From Auanema rhodensis (Eukaryota > Animalia > Nematoda), in the NCBI GenBank assembly GCA_964057225.1, contig OZ059895.1, forward strand, positions 6,200,001 through 6,264,000: DNA of 64,000 nt, in the 5' to 3' direction. Below are positions 48,901-63,070 of this stretch, in pieces. Each line of letters starts with the position of its first letter. The first letter of the stretch is position 1. The notes below the pieces were generated by a model that was not told where the DNA came from, made no database searches, and worked only from the letters and a program-made list of their open reading frames with translations. The position numbers and the translations under genes are program-made.

Positions 48901-51500
48901 CAGATATAATTCAAATCCAACTCTTCATACTTCTCTCAAATAACATGAAATCCAATTTAGATTTTATAGATCAAACGACATGAGTAGTAGCCTTCACTGT
49001 TGACGATGAACATAAATGAGCAACCTTTTCTCTCTCTCTCTCTTTCTCTCTCTCTCCCTCTCTCTTTTCCTTTATCTAACTATCTATTGCTCTCTCTTCT
49101 CCTATCGTACCTCTTTCTTTCTTATTATCGATGATGATTAGTACTGTATTTGTGTATGTATATATGTGATGTTGTATGTCATTAGTCATCCAACAAGCCA
49201 TTTTACAGGTGATGATTGACTTTTTTCTCTGCAATGCTCTCAACCTCTTTGACACGCCTATTAGCTTTTTGCTCTTTCATCATATATTTTCTATCTCACT
49301 CCTTTGTATCAATCTCTTGTCTATTTGTCTCTCTCTCAGCCTAACTCTCTCTAGGCTCTCTAACAATTTCTCTCTATTTCTCTCTCTTTCTCTCTCCAGG
49401 TTATTTGTATGATCTTTGAACATTGTACTTGTTTTCTCTCATTTCACCTCGTTTCATCATGTCTAAAACAGTCTCCCTCATTTCTCTTTTCTGCTCTATC
49501 TGTAAACTCAATGACATTCAATAATCCCAAAAACCCGAATGCAACATTGAACTGTTCAAATTCTTAAACGTCATACATAGGTTTTTATTATTTTTTTTTA
49601 AAAACTAATATATATAAATATAAAATTCATTATACTTAACTATTTTCTCGTTATTCATTTAATCTTAAAATTATTATTTCGCTCATATCATCAAGTTAAA
49701 ACGAAATTTTCTATCAAAAAGAAAATAAAAAAAAAAGAAAGGACTTTGATGAAATATTAAATAAAGATGGATGATTATATTATTAGAAAACTATAAAAAG
49801 AATGAAAAAATTCATGAAATATCTAATAAATATATAAATGAATAAGCGGCATATCATTGGTGACTGCGTAATAGAATGTAGACGAAAGAATGAGAGAGAG
49901 AGAGAAAGAGAAAGAGAAAGAGGGAGAGAGAGAGGGGTGGGAAGAGGGAGGGAGGGGGGCATTAGCTGTCCAATCTTTGCACCGGAAATAACTGAATAGC
50001 AAAAGTGATAAGGCTGTGAGAACAAGATACAGCTTGCACCATTGAATAGCAAAAAAAGAAAGAGAAAAAGAGCAACAATAGATTAAGATGGCTAATGATA
50101 AATAATAAGAGAATTAAAGAAAAAAAGAAAAAACACAACCGATCTTTATGGATGCAACTGGAAAATGATAAAAGATTGTCTTTGAAGGCGTTAATGACGT
50201 GCAAAACAGAAGCCTGTATGTATTACGATGTGAACTATAAAGACACAGTAATATTCTAATTAATATGTTTATAACTATATATATATATATATATATAGTT
50301 ATAGATACAACTAATTATAAGATCAATGGGTTTAAATAATAAAAAATCTATAAAGGTTATATATAATAATAATAATATTAAATAAATGAATAAATAAGAA
50401 AATGTGAATAATGAGAAAAAGGAAGAGATTATATGAACAGAATATTCGATATAAACGTCATCATATGCATTCATTACTTCAGTATACGCCTAAGGAATAG
50501 ATGATAAGGAGCGTCAAAAATTAGAAAAATTCTAAAAACGACTGATAATAGCTTTAAGCATGAGATGAGAGAAAATAGCACATCTTTGAAATGTAGTGAT
50601 AATTCAGAGAATGAAAAGGTTTAAGAGGAAGGGCGGCAGTAGAAAAGAGCAAAAGAAGAAGGGAGACAGTAGTATAGATAAGTATGAAATAAGGTCCAAA
50701 CAAAACATTAAAAGAGTCCTTCCATCACATAATATCATTTCATGTGTCTAATATGATGTAAAGCAACACAAACGGTTTAGAGTAGTAGATAGGGAAGTTG
50801 GAGATAATAATTGAAAGAGATATTAGGAGAGAGAGAGAGAGAGACAGAACAACGAATAACAATTTCATCACCTTTTCTCGAATAGTGTCCTTATGTGGTC
50901 ACTCAGCTTGCAAGTTCTGATTGATGAACTTTCAGTCAATGATGTTCGCCTTAAGGAGTTGATGGAGTTGAGAATTGATGAAAGGGGGTATGCAGCTGAT
51001 TGACAAACACCAGATGAAACTAAAAGAGAGAGAGAGAGAGAGATAGGTAGAGAAGAAGCTTGAATATCATATACTTTGAACTATGAATCTCATATGATTG
51101 AACTTTAGCAGCAGAAAGTGCAAACTGAAACACAAGAATGCAAATGAAGAAACATGGCCTAAGATGATGATGAAAGGAAATCCAGATGATGGGTATTTTC
51201 ATTTATAATTTTATCTCTCTATATCGTATAGCTAGCTAGTAGCACTAACAAACAGATTATTCTATACATTTGTACTTTGAATTTTCATTCGTCTACACGA
51301 TTCAAATAATACCAGAATACTAATCAAATGTTTCTCCTGAACATTTTTTTTCTTTGATTGGCAATCAGCCAAAAAAAGCATTTTGTCCGACAATCTGAAG
51401 GCCCAATTTGCTTAGAAGGTGTAAGGGATAATGAGAACATAGTAACAGATATACAAAAAAAGAGAGAACAAGAGAATCATAGATAGATAGATAGATAGAG

Positions 51501-51564
<64 letters not shown>

Positions 51565-51755
51565 AGGGAAAGAGAATATGTAACATAAACCAAAACAGAG
51601 ATAAATATGTGCTACAGTAACGATGGCCGTGAACAAAGAACGTATTCAGTAATTCAAAGTACGAGGTTTGGAAAAATGACAGCAAATAGTCATATTAGGC
51701 ACGAAATGGTAGGAGAGAAAGAAGTAAGGAGAAGCAGAGAGAGGGAAAAGGAAGG

Positions 51756-51788
<33 letters not shown>

Positions 51789-52860
51789 GTTAAAGAACCG
51801 AAAAGAGGGTAGAAAACTAACTGAATGAGTGATATGATAAGATTGAAAAACAACAAGATGTATCTTTAAAAACTTTTCAAAATGAATTATAAAAGGAAAT
51901 TCGGAAGAGTTTGAGAGGAAGAAGGACAACTAGCTTCTGAAATTGACCAACAATTGCTTTTTGTCAACATTGAAGAATCTAAATGTAGACAGTGGTGTCT
52001 GAAAGACAGTATCCACATATATGAGAACTACCGTATTCCTTCTAACATTAATATTTTCTAAAATAATTTTCTTATTTCTTTCATTCATTCAGAGTAAAAT
52101 GAAATGAAATGTCAGCATTAACGGAACAAGCATGATATCAAATGCACGGAAAAGAATAGTTTATCAGTGATATATGCACATTCTATATGCATGTATAGGT
52201 ATAATGATAATAATGAAAAGTTTCGTACACAATTAGTTTCAAAAGATATGAAAAGAGTTTTCATTATGAATAAGATTTCTTCTCTATAAACTTTTTACTC
52301 TATCTCTCTCTCCCTTCAGCTCTCTCTCTCTCTCTATCTCTTACATCAATACTCTTTGATAACTGTTTTGTTCAAATTTTCAAAACAGAACAAACTACAA
52401 TTTAGTAATGAATATCAATGTAGCTTGAATACGAAGATCAGTTACAGTGTTATCAATAGGTTAAATTGTACTTATCAAATACAAAGAAGAGGGAAAGGAA
52501 AGAATAGAGAGAAATAGAGAGGAATTGAGAGGGACAGAGAGAGAGAGAGATAGAGTAAGAGAGAGAGAGATAGAGAGAGAGAGAGATGAAGGGAGAAAGC
52601 GTATGCATATGTGAAAGAGTTGTGAAGAAAGGTATAATGAAGCTTGTCAAAGAACAAAACTCAATGAACTTTGAAACAAACATTAAATACAGTATACTAA
52701 ATAAAATTACAGTATAACAGACAGAAATATATGGTGAACAGTTCAAAATCACTAGGAAAAGCTTATATAAAGTTATTAAAATAGAAAAAAAAATTATTAC
52801 TATCTTTCTCTCTCTCTATCCCTCTCTCTCTTTCTATATCCCTCTCTCTCTTTCTCTCTA

Positions 52861-52911
<51 letters not shown>

Positions 52912-53562
52912 ACGAAACCAATATAATCAACGATCATGATTACTCATGCCAAAATGTATTTGAAATATCTATTTGTGTATGTTCTAACAGCATTGCATAG
53001 TGATCGGATAATGATGTTGTAAGAAAAACAAATTATAAATAGAAAAATAAATTAAAACATTAATATTATAATTTATATATAATATATAATTATATATTTG
53101 TGTTTAATAATTAGATGTATGTTCAACATTTCTATGAACAAATTTCTATAATATCTATGTATATAGTTAACCTATAGTTAACCTATTTAATAATTTATGA
53201 ATCATAAATTAAAAAACAAAATACAAAGTCTATTTAACGAAGATTTTCATAAGAAAAACGATTAATTATGATTAAGTTGGATGATAACAATTTTCTAGAG
53301 TAGATAAAGATGTTAAGAGAATATAGAAAAGTAAAATTCTAAGAATAAAGGATTGATTATCAAAGAACAGTCTTGTAGCTTGATATATCATTAGGAAGAA
53401 GAGGTAAAATGAGAGAGAGAGAGAGAGAGAGATATTACGAGTATGTGTGATTTTATTTGCTTGTTATCATGCTCTAATAGGAGATTCATGGATACAGGAA
53501 GCTGACTGTACTCTAGAACTTGCAAGCAGAGTAAGATACTTGTTTGAAAAGAAAATTAAAGA

Positions 53563-53599
<37 letters not shown>

Positions 53600-53951
53600 A
53601 AGATAAGGAAACAGCTTAGGTAAGATGTAAGTACGGAAAATAACTGATAAGAGATCACAAGCTGAAATATCAATGAAAACTTCATTGAAAATCATGTGAG
53701 TTCAATAAAATCATTAGAAATAATAATTTGAAGAGATATATTCAATTAGAAGAATAAATAAAATAATTAGCAAAACGAGATGGCGGAGCTAGAAATAGCT
53801 GAAATTGTAAAAACTTTCTCTTCTTCATGAATTCAGGTGTCAAATCTTATTCATGATTTATGATTGAAAAAAGTGGTACAATGAGTGAAGATAGAGATAG
53901 AGAGAGAGAGAGAGAGGGGGGGGGGGAAAGAGAGAGAGAGAAAGGGGGGAG

Positions 53952-53991
<40 letters not shown>

Positions 53992-54448
53992 AATATAGAG
54001 AGAGAAAGAGACTTAAAGCAGAAAAAATAAGAGGAAATCAAAGAGAGAAGAGAGCACACAAATTAACAAATTGCTTTTCTGAGGAAGAATCAAGGTTCAA
54101 TATGAAATTGAACTGTATAAGTGAATATGAATCATTCTCATCATGAATCTGTTCTTTGCTTTCAATTTTTTTCTTCAAAAAAAAAAATGGAAATTCTTCT
54201 TCCTCAACGTTTACCAATTTCTTTTTTGTCTGAAATCTCTTGAAATCTACAGCAGCAATACTAATAATCTCAAGTAAGATATGATGATTTGTTGTTATAA
54301 GATTAATAAGAATATATTAATAAATTTATTAAATATTCTTTATAAGTATAAGTTAAAAGAGAAAAAGAAGTGAGAGGGAAATTTCTACACAAAACATATA
54401 AGGAAAGCTTAAAATGAAAAGCTTGTATAGAAGAGAGAAAAAGTTTAA

Positions 54449-54497
<49 letters not shown>

Positions 54498-54507
54498 GAG
54501 AGAGAGT

Positions 54508-54546
<39 letters not shown>

Positions 54547-56624
54547 GCTTTACGATGATACGCCCAGATCCACAAAACATTTTATTTTTTCTTGAATTTA
54601 GAGATGAAACATTGAAGAAAAAATGAAAGAAGCTTCTTTAAACTTAGACCTCTTGTTCTTTTTTCACAATCAAAACTATTTTTTCATATATGACCCACAT
54701 GTCATCAAAAACTATCAAAAGATGAACTTTCTAAAGGATAAATTGAAATAAATGAACTCTCTTTGTACATAAATATCATTGACATCTTCTAGAAAAATAG
54801 AAACGTCGTGCGATTTTCCGATGATAATCATAATGGTGTCGGAAATTTATTCATTCTGATGTCATTCTGATGTCATTCTGATGTCATTCAGTTAGATCAA
54901 GATATTGTTGTGTGTGAAGTCATTTAAGGTTCGTCTATTCTTTAATTCTAAATGTAACCTATATAACCTATTCGTTTGATATATATATTGCAACTATAGT
55001 ACTGTCGTCTAGAATATAATGACAATGACGATCTTAGCGACAAGATTATTGATAACAATCGTCTAGAGGATGTACTAACCAATAACTTTAATTCACGTTT
55101 ATTAAAGCTTTAAAACAAGCTAATATTCTAAAATTCATCTTAATTGCCTATAATGAATAATGAATTTGACAAACATACAGAGACAAGATCATTCATTTAA
55201 ATCTTAAGATGTATCAAATTCAAATATATGCTTATCCATGTCTAAAATCCATAAGATAACCATAGATGTAGACATCTTTTTCAACCAATTTTCTTGTATC
55301 TTGGTCTAATGATCATTGAAACAATGTGTAGTTATCGCTCATAAGAAGGCAATAAACACTTTGAATATCGTTCGATTCGTCCTGTGTTTACATACTAAGA
55401 TCTGCAGATTTGCAGGTTCACATCGCGCAAACAGTCTAGTATAGGCATAGCTGTTCGTCGATGACTAAGACAGACGAAGAGAAAAAGTTCATAAAACACA
55501 ATTCAGACAATGAATGACATTGTACAGATTTTGAAGATCTTATGTACTCCAAGATATTAAAAAAAGTCAGACGATTTACTATCTGATTTGATATCAACGA
55601 TGAAAGAATTTCGAAAAAACGCCACGCACATAGGTGGTTGGTTGTGTATAAAGTGCAAAAATAAAAAAATATAGATTAAGAATAAGGTTATATACATGAA
55701 AGAAAGAAAGAAAGAAAGAAAGATTTTTTCTTCAACTAGAAGACAACATCAAATCTAATAGTTTGCTCTTTGAGATGATCAGTGGAAAAGCAAGAACTAA
55801 CAAACGATAAGCATGCTTGATCATCTCATCAATATGATGATGTCATTCACGAAATTTATAAAATCAAGAGTCAGTTATCCAATAAGCAAATGAAACGGCG
55901 ACAAATGGATTTGACTGAGATGCTAGACGTGCGGCCTCTGGAGTTCATTCATGTTAATTTGTCTTTTAGTCCTTAGTCACCAAATGAATTTATAATAATT
56001 ATATCAAATATATAATCATATATAATAAATAAAATTATATATAATCAATACAATTATTAATATGATATAGTAATATTTTATTTGCCAGTTTTATCATTAG
56101 ATGCTAAATGACTTGCTTGAAAGCGATGTGCTCCAACTGATCTCAGTCATAATCATACCAAACTACTGAAGTTGCTGTTACAACATTTACACAAATCAAA
56201 AGATCTCATTCTAATAACGTTAATATATATGTTATTTTATCCTTTTTTTGGAATAATTAATACTTTCTTCTTAAGCATTTTTTGCAGAAAAATGCATTTA
56301 AACCCTGCTTCAAGTCAGGAAAGTGAAGAAAAAAAGTTTTTTTTTTGGTGTTAATGTCATATCTTTTCTAAAATTGACATGTAGATGAATACAAAGAACG
56401 GTTCGTGCTTAGTGAAAGGGAATAAACTGTCTCTGGACGGAGACATAGAGAAAGAGAGGAGGAGAACGAGATGTTGAAGCGATTAGTTTCAGGTATTTAC
56501 TTCCTTTTTTCCGTCGAACATCATCTTCTTTTGCAGATTGGAGATCAAACATCACTCTCACCATACTTTCATATACAATACATCATGGATATAAACATTT
56601 AAAGAGGGCAACATGAGAATATAA

Positions 56625-56683
<59 letters not shown>

Positions 56684-59600
56684 CATGTGTAATATATCCA
56701 CTTCCTTTTTTTTTCCTTTATAATTTCTTTTTAGTGATTTTCATTGACTATTGACTAGACTATATAAGAATAGAAATGATCTAAACTTCGTAAAAATTTC
56801 TTTAAAATAAAAGATTAAATTTGAATTAGAGTATAGATGAGTGATATTAAGAGAATAAGAATCGAAAAATGAATTAATGATCGAATTTAGAATGATTGCC
56901 GTAGATGGAGGAAATAAAAGTTCTAAAAATAAACTTTTTCGACACTCTTATCCAATGTATTTGGAAAGTCATTTACAAGTCCACAAAACTGACGATGATG
57001 TCATTTGTGATGACATAGGTTTTAACGACATGGTCTCAACGTTTCTACTAGACCATCCTGTAACTACACCTCGAGACTGCATCTCATCTGCTACAACTTT
57101 ATGAGCTTTTTTTCGTAAAACTGCACTATGTTACGTGACTAGTGCTGAAAGACGATATGTTAACAAGAAACAATATGTCTTCGTTTTTCATTGAGTTTTA
57201 CCTTTTAGTTTGCTTATAAAGAACAATCAGTTTCTTACTTTCATATATATTGAACTGAATTCAAAGAATATTAGAACAAACTCTTGTTGTCTGAGTGATT
57301 CACAAGAACCGTACATGTCCGCAATAGTTAACGTACAATTCTTGTCGTGCTATTCGCAGCGGCAGACTTCTCTGAGGAGGCTTCCCCTTAGAGCTTCACA
57401 ACGTCATAGTTTATCGAATTGGGGGGTGGGAGAGGGGATTGTTGATCAGCTATGCTAGTAAACCAATCAACTTGCTGGTCAATCGTGTAATCTAAAGATC
57501 TTTGATTCAAGAACTCCGAAAGATGAGCAGGACTCTCGTATACAATCTCTTTTTCTTGGTTTCTCTTACTGCCATACAGTTTCTCTTCATAATTGCTGCT
57601 ACGCTCCTTATAATCTTAGTCATTTTCTCGCTTTCATTCTCTGTTCCTCCTGCTTCTCTCATTGCAGTGCGTTGTTAGACCTATACACCGAGATAGATAC
57701 ACAACAGGCTCTAAAGGTTTAGCGACAATACAAGAAGAAACAAATCAGAAGTTCTTCAGAATATGTCTAGTCTTTGTCTGTCTGCTTTGCTCTGCTCCTT
57801 TGTGAGACATCTCTATCATCATTAAAAATCAGCTATTTAACATTAGTGCAAAGTGGGAGGCTTATTATTTTGCGAAACCACATGAAGAATAGCGGAAATG
57901 CTTATAGCATACAGACAGAAGGAGGAAGATTTATTCTGAGCAAGCAGAATAAGAAAAAGAGAAAGAAGGAGAGAGGGAAAGACCGAAATATGGATCTAGA
58001 TCCCGTAATTAGCGCAATGTTGCAAGAGAGAACGCAAGCAACATCATCAGATTTCACAAACAACAACTGAATGACCCTGCAAAAGCGTCTGAAAATAGGC
58101 ATTCTGAATGAGCAGTCCGAGAAATCTTGCAATTCGTGGAAATACTTAATAATGAGGCATTTCGTGTTTTGCTCCAACAGCAGAAGCAGCAGCCGCTTTA
58201 CGGAAGCTGTGTATTCTCAGAATAACTATGATGGCTATACGGACAACAACCGCGAGAAGATAAAGGGATTTGCACGGACACAGTGAATTCTTAGATTCAG
58301 AAGACATCCATTGGGCTTCGGATAATGAAGGAAGATCAAACAACATGTATAGACTCATACGAAAAATCTTGGATACTAATGATGAATAAAGTGTGTATCT
58401 TCTTAATAATCTCGACTGATATGATGATTTTCGATGAGCATACACTGAAAAGACAAATTATCAATGACGACCACTTGGATGTTCAGTGGATAGACAATCT
58501 CTCTCTCTCTTCCCCTCTCACTCTCCCTCTCTCTGGTTTTCCTTGCATCTCTATCTCTCTTTATCTCTCTATCTCTACATGTCTGTCTGTATCCTTTCTT
58601 TCCTCTCGTTTGTAATCTTCTGATCTTCCCCAGTTTCGATAAAACTGTTGATTCGCTCGTATGAAAGAATGATGTTAAAATCAACAGAAACAAGACCAGA
58701 AAATGGTCAGAAAGTTCAAAAAAAGTTCAGAAAAAAATTTTTTTTTTTTGCAAGAGAGGATATTTCAACTAGATGTTAACATATTGATCATGTTCAAAGA
58801 AAAGAAAAAAAAGGAGAGAGTTGAGAGCAAAAAAAGAAGTCGGGAGCTGGAGCTCTCATCATGTGCAACCGGCTCGCACTAAGTAATCGCAAAAAAATGA
58901 AAAAAAATAGCAGCTACCTGTATAGTTCACGTCAAAACCACTCCAGTAGCGTATAAGTTTGATGTTAAGTTAGCGGGTCAAAAGTTAAAACTCAATTGAG
59001 CAAGATAAAAATGAATAAAATTCCAATGTAATTGAAAAGATAACACGTGGAAAGGGTAACAACCAAACTAAATACAAATTGTTGGACACGGATTGAATAG
59101 ATAAAGTTGAGTAGATTTGAAGTCAAAAATACAAAAGACAGAGAAGCACGTAATGATGAATTTGATGTTTTGAGCAACAAACTATGGTAATGTAGAATCT
59201 ATTACTTTTCAACATTTTGAATAAAATAAAGGAAAAGTTAGAAAGAAATAGAATTAGTTATATATATATATATATATATATCTAATATATATATTATACT
59301 AATGATAACGACAATTATAATGTTAAAGACAATTAGACCAAAAAGATAGCAGGAACAATGAATTCGAAAAGATTTTTCGGATATTGTATAAAGACTACCA
59401 TGTGAATTCGTTATCTAACGGACAGTAGTGTGATATATATATATATATGTTTAAACTAAGTATAATGATCTAGAATCATATAAATTTAATGTTTAAAATA
59501 ATTTTAATAAAAACATAAAAGTATGATGTAAATTCTATGCAAATTTTCAATTTTCTTTTCACATTCCTTCGTTTTCCTTCAAGTTGTTAATTTGATTCAT

Positions 59601-61499
59601 GACATTGTGCGTTCATCAAGATTATCTCACTGTTCCCGTAAATTTTAATTTTGTTATTCCATTAAATATATTTTGAAAATATTTCAGAAGATAAAGAATA
59701 AAAACAGCCCTGAACTTAGATATGATTGATAATGTTAAGAAAAACCGTCAGAGAGACAAAATCAAGAGTTCCTCGCCAAAAAAACGCTGGTGTAGTCCGG
59801 AAACTAATAATAGATAGAGAAAGAGAAAGAGAAATGTTTAAGAAGCTGTAGGAGAACTATAAGAGGTACATGGAAGAGGAGGTAAAACCACAACAGAGAT
59901 CTGAAGAGAAAAGGGCATCACAGAAAGCTTAAGACAGCCGACCAGACAGGCAAAATCTTCATCGGTACAAAGGAGTTGAAACAGACAGATAGAGAAAGAG
60001 AGAAGGAATGAGACCTCGGTTCTGGAAATAAACCGAGAAGGTGAGAGATTAAACATGTTGCAGGAGAGAATAGAGAAAGAATGGAATGTTCTTTGAACCT
60101 CAGTCGCTCAACCAACCGACACATTGCGCGACGTCGGCCCGTTCCTCGTCATCACTACCATCCAACATTCATCTATTGGCCTAGTCGAGGCGAAGACGGA
60201 AGAAAACATATCAAGGAGGAGAGGGACAGGGTTGAAAGAAAAAGGGGGGAGAGAGAAAGATCAGCGAGATCAACCTGCTCGCCTCCCCTTGTCTACTCGC
60301 TGCAGCCTGGTTTCCATATAATGATTACGGGTTAGATGTGTTGTTGTGTGGTCTTTCGCTCTTTCGCTCTTTCGCTCTCCGTCCGTCTATCTAATAGACT
60401 GGCCAGAGAGATGAAATAGAGAGATGAAAGAGAAAGAGAGAGAAAAGGAAAGAGAAAGAAAAAGAAAGAGGGAGAGAGAAAGGGAGAATGTTAGAATATA
60501 AGAACATAACGATAAAAAGAAAAAGAAGAGGCAGAAGGGAGAGCATATATATATATATATATACCTGGTATGATTCAATGAACAGTGTTTCAACAACCCT
60601 CTAATTTCTAATGAACAGCAGAGTGATCTCTGTTAACCTTCTTTCTGTTTCTCTTATCCCTTCTCACCCTTACTCTTTTTCGTTCTCTATTCCTGTCTAG
60701 GGAAATAGCATAATTGTCAGTTGAAAAGTTCAATTTAGAAGAATTTTAGAGAATAAACGATGTTGATGATAATTGAAATAAAAGAAAGAATCACGGAAAA
60801 AACTAAAACAGAATGATAATACTGTGATTTTCAAAGAGAACAACTGATTTCTAAATATAGCAAATGAGAGAAAATACGAGAAATCATGAGACAAGTGAAT
60901 AAAGAAGAGAATTATTAGTAGTTAGCTACATCACTAAACTTATGTACAAATATAATGAAAGGTAATTTCAATTATGAATTGTTCAATAATACGGTGACAA
61001 CAATAAGTTGAAATATTATTATTACAAGAGAGTAAAAAAGAGAGAGAGATCGAGATATAGATAGGAAAAGAAAGAAAACATTTATATAATTAATAATTCT
61101 CATGAATTAATGTAATGCTATATTAGGAAATTGTTCCCATATATTATCATTATTCACATAATCTTAATTTAGATTGTTACAGCTTCTTTTATAAACTTTT
61201 AATATTTAATCTAAAACTGTAAAAAATACATGAACGATTTACATAATAAATTTTTTTTTTGCGTAAATAAATCAAAATCTTAAACCAAAATGATGTCGTC
61301 ATGAATGGTCAATAAGCAGAGAATAACATATGACTTGAGGCTTTTATGGATGGCTATTTCAGTCTATGAAGATATATATATATAATTGATCCTGACAAGA
61401 TTATGATAGAAGGGAACAAAAGGTTCGAAATATCGCATAAAAAGCAAGAAATTAGCCAAACAATGTGACTTCAATTTAGATCGCACAAATTTATATATC

Positions 61500-61506
<7 letters not shown>
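30719..61506. repeat. Microsatellite-dense domain: many (GA/TC)n tracts plus (TA)n, (CAT)n, (TAG)n, (ACTG)n and (GATA)n
   Basis: Examples: (GA)n 30721-30759, 32881-32922, 39667-39706, 45858-45939, 51510-51556, 54450-54545, 56628-56681; (TC)n 40625-40692, 52808-52907; (TA)n 42495-42567, 35883-35910. Confidence 0.95.
54851..54889. repeat. 11-bp tandem repeat (TCATTCTGATG), about 3.5 copies
   Basis: tcattctgatg tcattctgatg tcattctgatg tcattc read directly from the sequence. Confidence 0.9.
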
Positions 61507-61530
<24 letters not shown>

Positions 61531-62834
61531 TGTCTTATTTGGAAGAAATACTAGAAAATATATGAAATACAATAATTGCACTGTATTACAACATAACACA
61601 AATGAAAAGCATGAAATAACATAATTGTTTAATGAAAATATCAAGTTGTCGTCATGAGCATTATTGAAAAATGATATATCTATCTCGTTTTAACTTCAGA
61701 AACTGAAGATGAATTTCAAGAAATAAAGATAAAAGACAAAAAGGAAAAAAAGGACTTTTGAGAAATCGGGAAAAATAGAAAGATATGAGAGCGAATGAGG
61801 GAGTAAGAAGGCAATTCGATAGAAGTTACCAGACAAAAATGAAACAACAATCATTGCTTTGGTCTTTCGATCTTGCTAAACAGAAAGGTCAGTAATACTA
61901 CACTACATTTGCAAACTTGAAATCAAAATAAAACGATAACACGTGAAGAAGATAACCCATCTTCTAAAAATTTGTGTACTCAATATGACATGACAATTTA
62001 TTCAGAAACTCTTATATTAGACTTGGTTTGTATGTAGTTGGCACTCATCAAGCTCTTGTATAAAGACTGAAGCAGTGTGTTCAACCTATATTCAGGTCAC
62101 ACTACATACTACCTAGCTGCTCAATACAATTTGAGTAGAAACTATGGAACATAGCTGGAAAACAAACACGCAGGCATATTACATAACATGCTTTCCATAT
62201 TGTTAATGAAATCTCAGAAAAGATAAACATTTTTCTGATTCATAAGAATGACTACAGTGCTAGTATCATTAAGTTCCATAACTTACTTAATTAGCTTTCG
62301 ATGATATGATACAGAGCAAATTGGAACCAATTATCACAATACTTTTTTTCTTCTAGCAGACATAATAGACTTTTCAAATGAATTTTTAGAAATAATAGAA
62401 AAAAGATACAAGTGATATTAATAGCTATAGACACACAATGCAACACATAGATTTTGAAACCGCAGTATCAAGAACATATTTAAATCATATTGAAAAAAAC
62501 AAATATAGTTAATATTATACACAATTTTTAAATGAAAAAATATAGACAGAAAATACGATATCAATATCTTAAAATAATTTTATATTGTATGTAAGATCGT
62601 TGTTGACAGGCTCTATTAAAAATATATAATAGCACTTATATATCACATGTGCATCATATAGAAGTATAACTTACTCTAAGAACAGAAATAAAATATAGTG
62701 ATTTTCTTATAATCCATACAAATACATCAAAGACCAATATAATTTTATTTTTATCCATACAAAACTTATTTATTTATCATTCATGGATAATTATATCTGT
62801 CTGTTCGTACTGTAGACTGTAGCAAAGGCTTGAG

Positions 62835-62876
62835 ACGCGCCCTTTGGCGAAACAATCTGGCGCGAAAAATCAAATT
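62835..62876 (+). promoter_or_regulatory. E2F/CDE-CHR-like (DREAM) promoter elements
   Basis: ACGCGCCC, TTTGGCGAAA and GGCGCGAAAAATCAAA (reverse complement TTTTCGCGCC) within ~40 bp, ~200 bp upstream of ATG 63071. Confidence 0.6.
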
Positions 62877-63070
62877 TCATATGTTGCGGCAATTACGCTT
62901 ATTAGGTTATTATCATCATCTTAACACTATCAATTACTAATTTTTCACTTTTAATGCATCGAATTATTGAAAACGTGTAATAAGAGCATAGCCAACTGTC
63001 TTGCTCATTGCAAATTATATTTTAATTGTGTTTTGAAGTCGTCTAAAGTTAAAATTTTAAAAGGGTTAAC

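Noticed and set aside
30599-60596. Dozens of 60-160 aa ORFs rich in SLSLSL, ERERER or IYIYIY
   Set aside because: They are translations of (TC)n, (GA)n and (TA)n microsatellites, mostly with non-ATG starts and no splice-consistent structure.
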